Assembly (NCBI GenBank): GCA_034722955.1
Contig: JAYEOM010000034.1
Coordinates: forward strand, 1 to 27,621
Source: Campylobacterota bacterium
GTDB lineage: Bacteria > Campylobacterota > Campylobacteria > Campylobacterales > Sulfurovaceae
Length of the DNA: 27,621 nt
Reading direction: 5' to 3'
Shown here: positions 25,396 to 27,621 of the stretch, in pieces
Layout: the number at the start of each line of letters is the position of its first letter
How positions within the stretch are numbered: the first letter of the stretch is position 1
The notes under the pieces: generated by a model
Told to the model about the DNA's origin: nothing
Seen by the model: the letters and a program-made list of their open reading frames with translations, nothing else
Database searches by the model: none
Made by a program: the position numbers and the translations under genes

Positions 25396-27585
25396 CTATT
25401 TGGTTGTAAAGTTAAAAACACCATCAAAATCACTAGTTTTCTCTTTAATAAGGTGATCACATCGTCTCTTATACATTTTGTATAGTCTGTATGAGTATCT
25501 GTCTGAATGGTTCACCAATATCTCAAACTGCTCTCTGGCATCTTCAAAGTTCGCTTCGTTGTATAGGTCAAGAGCATTGTCATATCTTTGAAGCTCCTCT
25601 TGTGATATACTCTCTATCAATACTTCATAGATAGTTACAGGTCTGCTTTTTCCTTTTACTCTAACTAGATCAAGTTTTCGTATAGGATAGCTCTCTACTA
25701 GTGCATCTTTAGTTGTCTCAGAGATGATCAGTGGAACACCATAGGTTTTGCATAAGCCTTCGAGTCTTGATGCTAAGTTGACATTGTCTCCTATGATCGT
25801 ATAGTCTGAGCGACCTGATGATCCCATTTCGCCGATTGTCACCAGACCTGTATTGATACCAATCCCAATATTGATCATCATATCATAGTCTGAATTATGA
25901 TCTGCCATGTTTTCATTTATAGCTTTTTTTATCTTGAGATACTGCTCCTTTTGATACTCTTCTATTTGTCTATTTATCTCTTTAAGTCTCCTAAGCTGTT
26001 CGATAGCTGACTGCAGAGCTTGATCTGCATGATTGGCTACATCAGTTGGAGCATTCCAGTATGCCATTACAGCATCACCGATAAATTTATCTATAGTACC
26101 ATGATAATCTACGATGATATCAACCATCGGCGTTAAGTACTCATTGAGCAGCAGGATCACATCTTCTGGTTCTCCTATAGTCTCCGAGATAGTGGTAAAT
26201 GATCGAATATCACTAAAAAATATTGTAACATTTTTCTCTTTTGGTTCTAGTAGATTTTGTGTCTCATTTGTCAAAATATCATTCATTACCGCAGGTGAAA
26301 CTTTTTGTGCAAAAGCTCTCTTGAGTTGTTGGTTTCTCTGTGAAGTAAATAGATATCTCAACAGAAGTGTTACAAGCATAGTCGCAAAGAGTGAAATGAG
26401 TGGAATAAGGATATTGATGATTGTGCCATTATCAAAGAGCAGCATAAAAAAGAGTTGGTAGAGTCCATATAGACAGAGTATCAGAGCCGGTATGATCAAC
26501 CATCCATTGAGCAGATAGAAGATGAGAGCAGAGAAGATGACGATCACAATAATCATAGCCAAATCGATCAACTCTATATTGTGAGGTGTTGTGATGAGAT
26601 CATCTGCCAAGATACTATCTATCATATTGGCATGAACCTCGACACCGGGCATAACTGTATCGAAGGGGGTAGGTTTCAAATCTGAGAGTCCTACTGCTGA
26701 TGTACCAACAAGCACAAACTTACCTCTAACTTCAGATGGATCTACTCTTTTTTCTATAATATCACTAGCACTAATATAGTGAAAATGCCTTGATGCTCCT
26801 CGAAAATTGATATTCATCCTGGCATATCTATCTGTATGGATCAGAAGATCATTGAGTTTTATACTATCTACACCTGTTTCACTGTTTTGTACGATCACTT
26901 TGTTTGTGTTGGTGTAGATGCGAATCATCTCTAGAGCAAGAGAGGGGTAGAGTATGTCATGATATCTCATGAGTAGCGGAATGTGTCGTACCATCCCTCC
27001 AGGATCTGGAGTTGTGTTGAAAAAACCACTGGAGTAGAATGAATCCTGTAGGCAGTCGATGTTTAGTCTAGCCCCGATAGGTTCGGGGATATAGCGTCCC
27101 TCACTCAATCCCTTTTCGACAAAAATAGCAGGGATAGATGGAGCTTTTGAAGTGTTGAAGTCAAAAGAGAAAAAATAGCCTCCTATGACAGGAGACTCTT
27201 TGATAGCAGAAGCTAAAGCTTTATCATGTGGGTTGGGACAACTCTCCTGCTCCTCTCTCTTGAAGGGCTGGATACTCTTGTCCGCTTCAGCAAAAACAAT
27301 ATCCAGACCAATGATGCCCGCTCCATTATCTCTGAGTTGAGTGATCAGGGAAGCAACAACATTGCGAGACCATGGCCACTGTCCATACTGATGAAGACTC
27401 TGTTCATCAATATCTACGATCACAACCTCTCCTGTAGTAGGGACAGAACCACGCATCAAAAAAAGAAAATCACGAAAGCGATCATCAAGTGACAAAAACT
27501 TCTGCGGAGTGGCAAGATAGAGCCAGCCTAGTGATACGATCAAGATAAAAAGTACCCCCGCGAGGGTACTTAACCGTCTTAGCAT
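25396..27585 (-). CDS. CHASE2-domain class III adenylate cyclase
   Basis: CHASE2 IVDIDEQSL..GQWPWSR, IGLDIVF and MPGVEVHAN; three TM helices; cyclase FSDIRSFT, IDKFIGDAVMA and YTIIGDNVNLASRLEG; C-terminal TPR-like tail. Confidence 0.94.
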   Translation of the reverse strand: MLRRLSTLAGVLFILIVSLGWLYLATPQKFLSLDDRFRDFLFLMRGSVPTTGEVVIVDIDEQSLHQYGQWPWSRNVVASLITQLRDNGAGIIGLDIVFAEADKSIQPFKREEQESCPNPHDKALASAIKESPVIGGYFFSFDFNTSKAPSIPAIFVEKGLSEGRYIPEPIGARLNIDCLQDSFYSSGFFNTTPDPGGMVRHIPLLMRYHDILYPSLALEMIRIYTNTNKVIVQNSETGVDSIKLNDLLIHTDRYARMNINFRGASRHFHYISASDIIEKRVDPSEVRGKFVLVGTSAVGLSDLKPTPFDTVMPGVEVHANMIDSILADDLITTPHNIELIDLAMIIVIVIFSALIFYLLNGWLIIPALILCLYGLYQLFFMLLFDNGTIINILIPLISLFATMLVTLLLRYLFTSQRNQQLKRAFAQKVSPAVMNDILTNETQNLLEPKEKNVTIFFSDIRSFTTISETIGEPEDVILLLNEYLTPMVDIIVDYHGTIDKFIGDAVMAYWNAPTDVANHADQALQSAIEQLRRLKEINRQIEEYQKEQYLKIKKAINENMADHNSDYDMMINIGIGINTGLVTIGEMGSSGRSDYTIIGDNVNLASRLEGLCKTYGVPLIISETTKDALVESYPIRKLDLVRVKGKSRPVTIYEVLIESISQEELQRYDNALDLYNEANFEDAREQFEILVNHSDRYSYRLYKMYKRRCDHLIKEKTSDFDGVFNFTTK

Positions 27586-27620
27586 TGTAATGCCACTATG
27601 CCGAGTGCGAACATGGCGGT
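27579..27620 (-). CDS. Possible 3' end of an upstream gene overlapping the cyclase start (partial)
   Basis: Open frame ..TAMFALGIVALQC* whose stop lies just inside the cyclase start (ATGCTAA); only 14 codons are visible. Confidence 0.25.
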   Translation of the reverse strand, partial: TAMFALGIVALQC

Positions 27621-27621
27621 G

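Noticed and set aside
22990..27585. Cyclase locus as a Pycsar/CBASS-type anti-phage system
   Set aside because: The cyclase has a periplasmic CHASE2 sensor and adenine-specific residues, and its partner is a phosphodiesterase rather than a TIR, TM or nuclease effector.

Overview
AT-rich bacterial chromosomal window, most consistent with a free-living Campylobacterota (Sulfurovum/Sulfurimonas-like; inferred from gene content and extended -10 promoters). From left to right it holds: glnS with a C-terminal extension (runs off the left edge), a DjlA-like co-chaperone, a TetR-regulated HefABC/CmeDEF-type RND efflux operon with a clear operator palindrome, a STAS/SEC14 protein, and a DUF4214 S-layer/RTX-like protein. 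Next come a beta-barrel plus four-Ig-repeat lipoprotein pair, a ~500 bp mosaic of REP-like hairpins, a secreted retropepsin-NTF2 fusion, and unannotated IS30 and GAPDH gene remnants. Housekeeping genes follow (coaX-hisG-methyltransferase, rpsF-ssb-rpsR with an S6:S18 leader, holA, rnr, yqgF), then an L,D-transpeptidase. The window ends in a cyclic-nucleotide module: a CHASE2 adenylate cyclase, a class II PDE-GAF-HD-GYP fusion and a convergent stand-alone GAF protein. The best leads are that dual-phosphodiesterase module, the barrel plus Ig-lipoprotein pair, the REP mosaic and a prion-like repeat expansion in SSB. No tRNA, rRNA or CRISPR array was seen. All family assignments come from motif recognition, not database searches.
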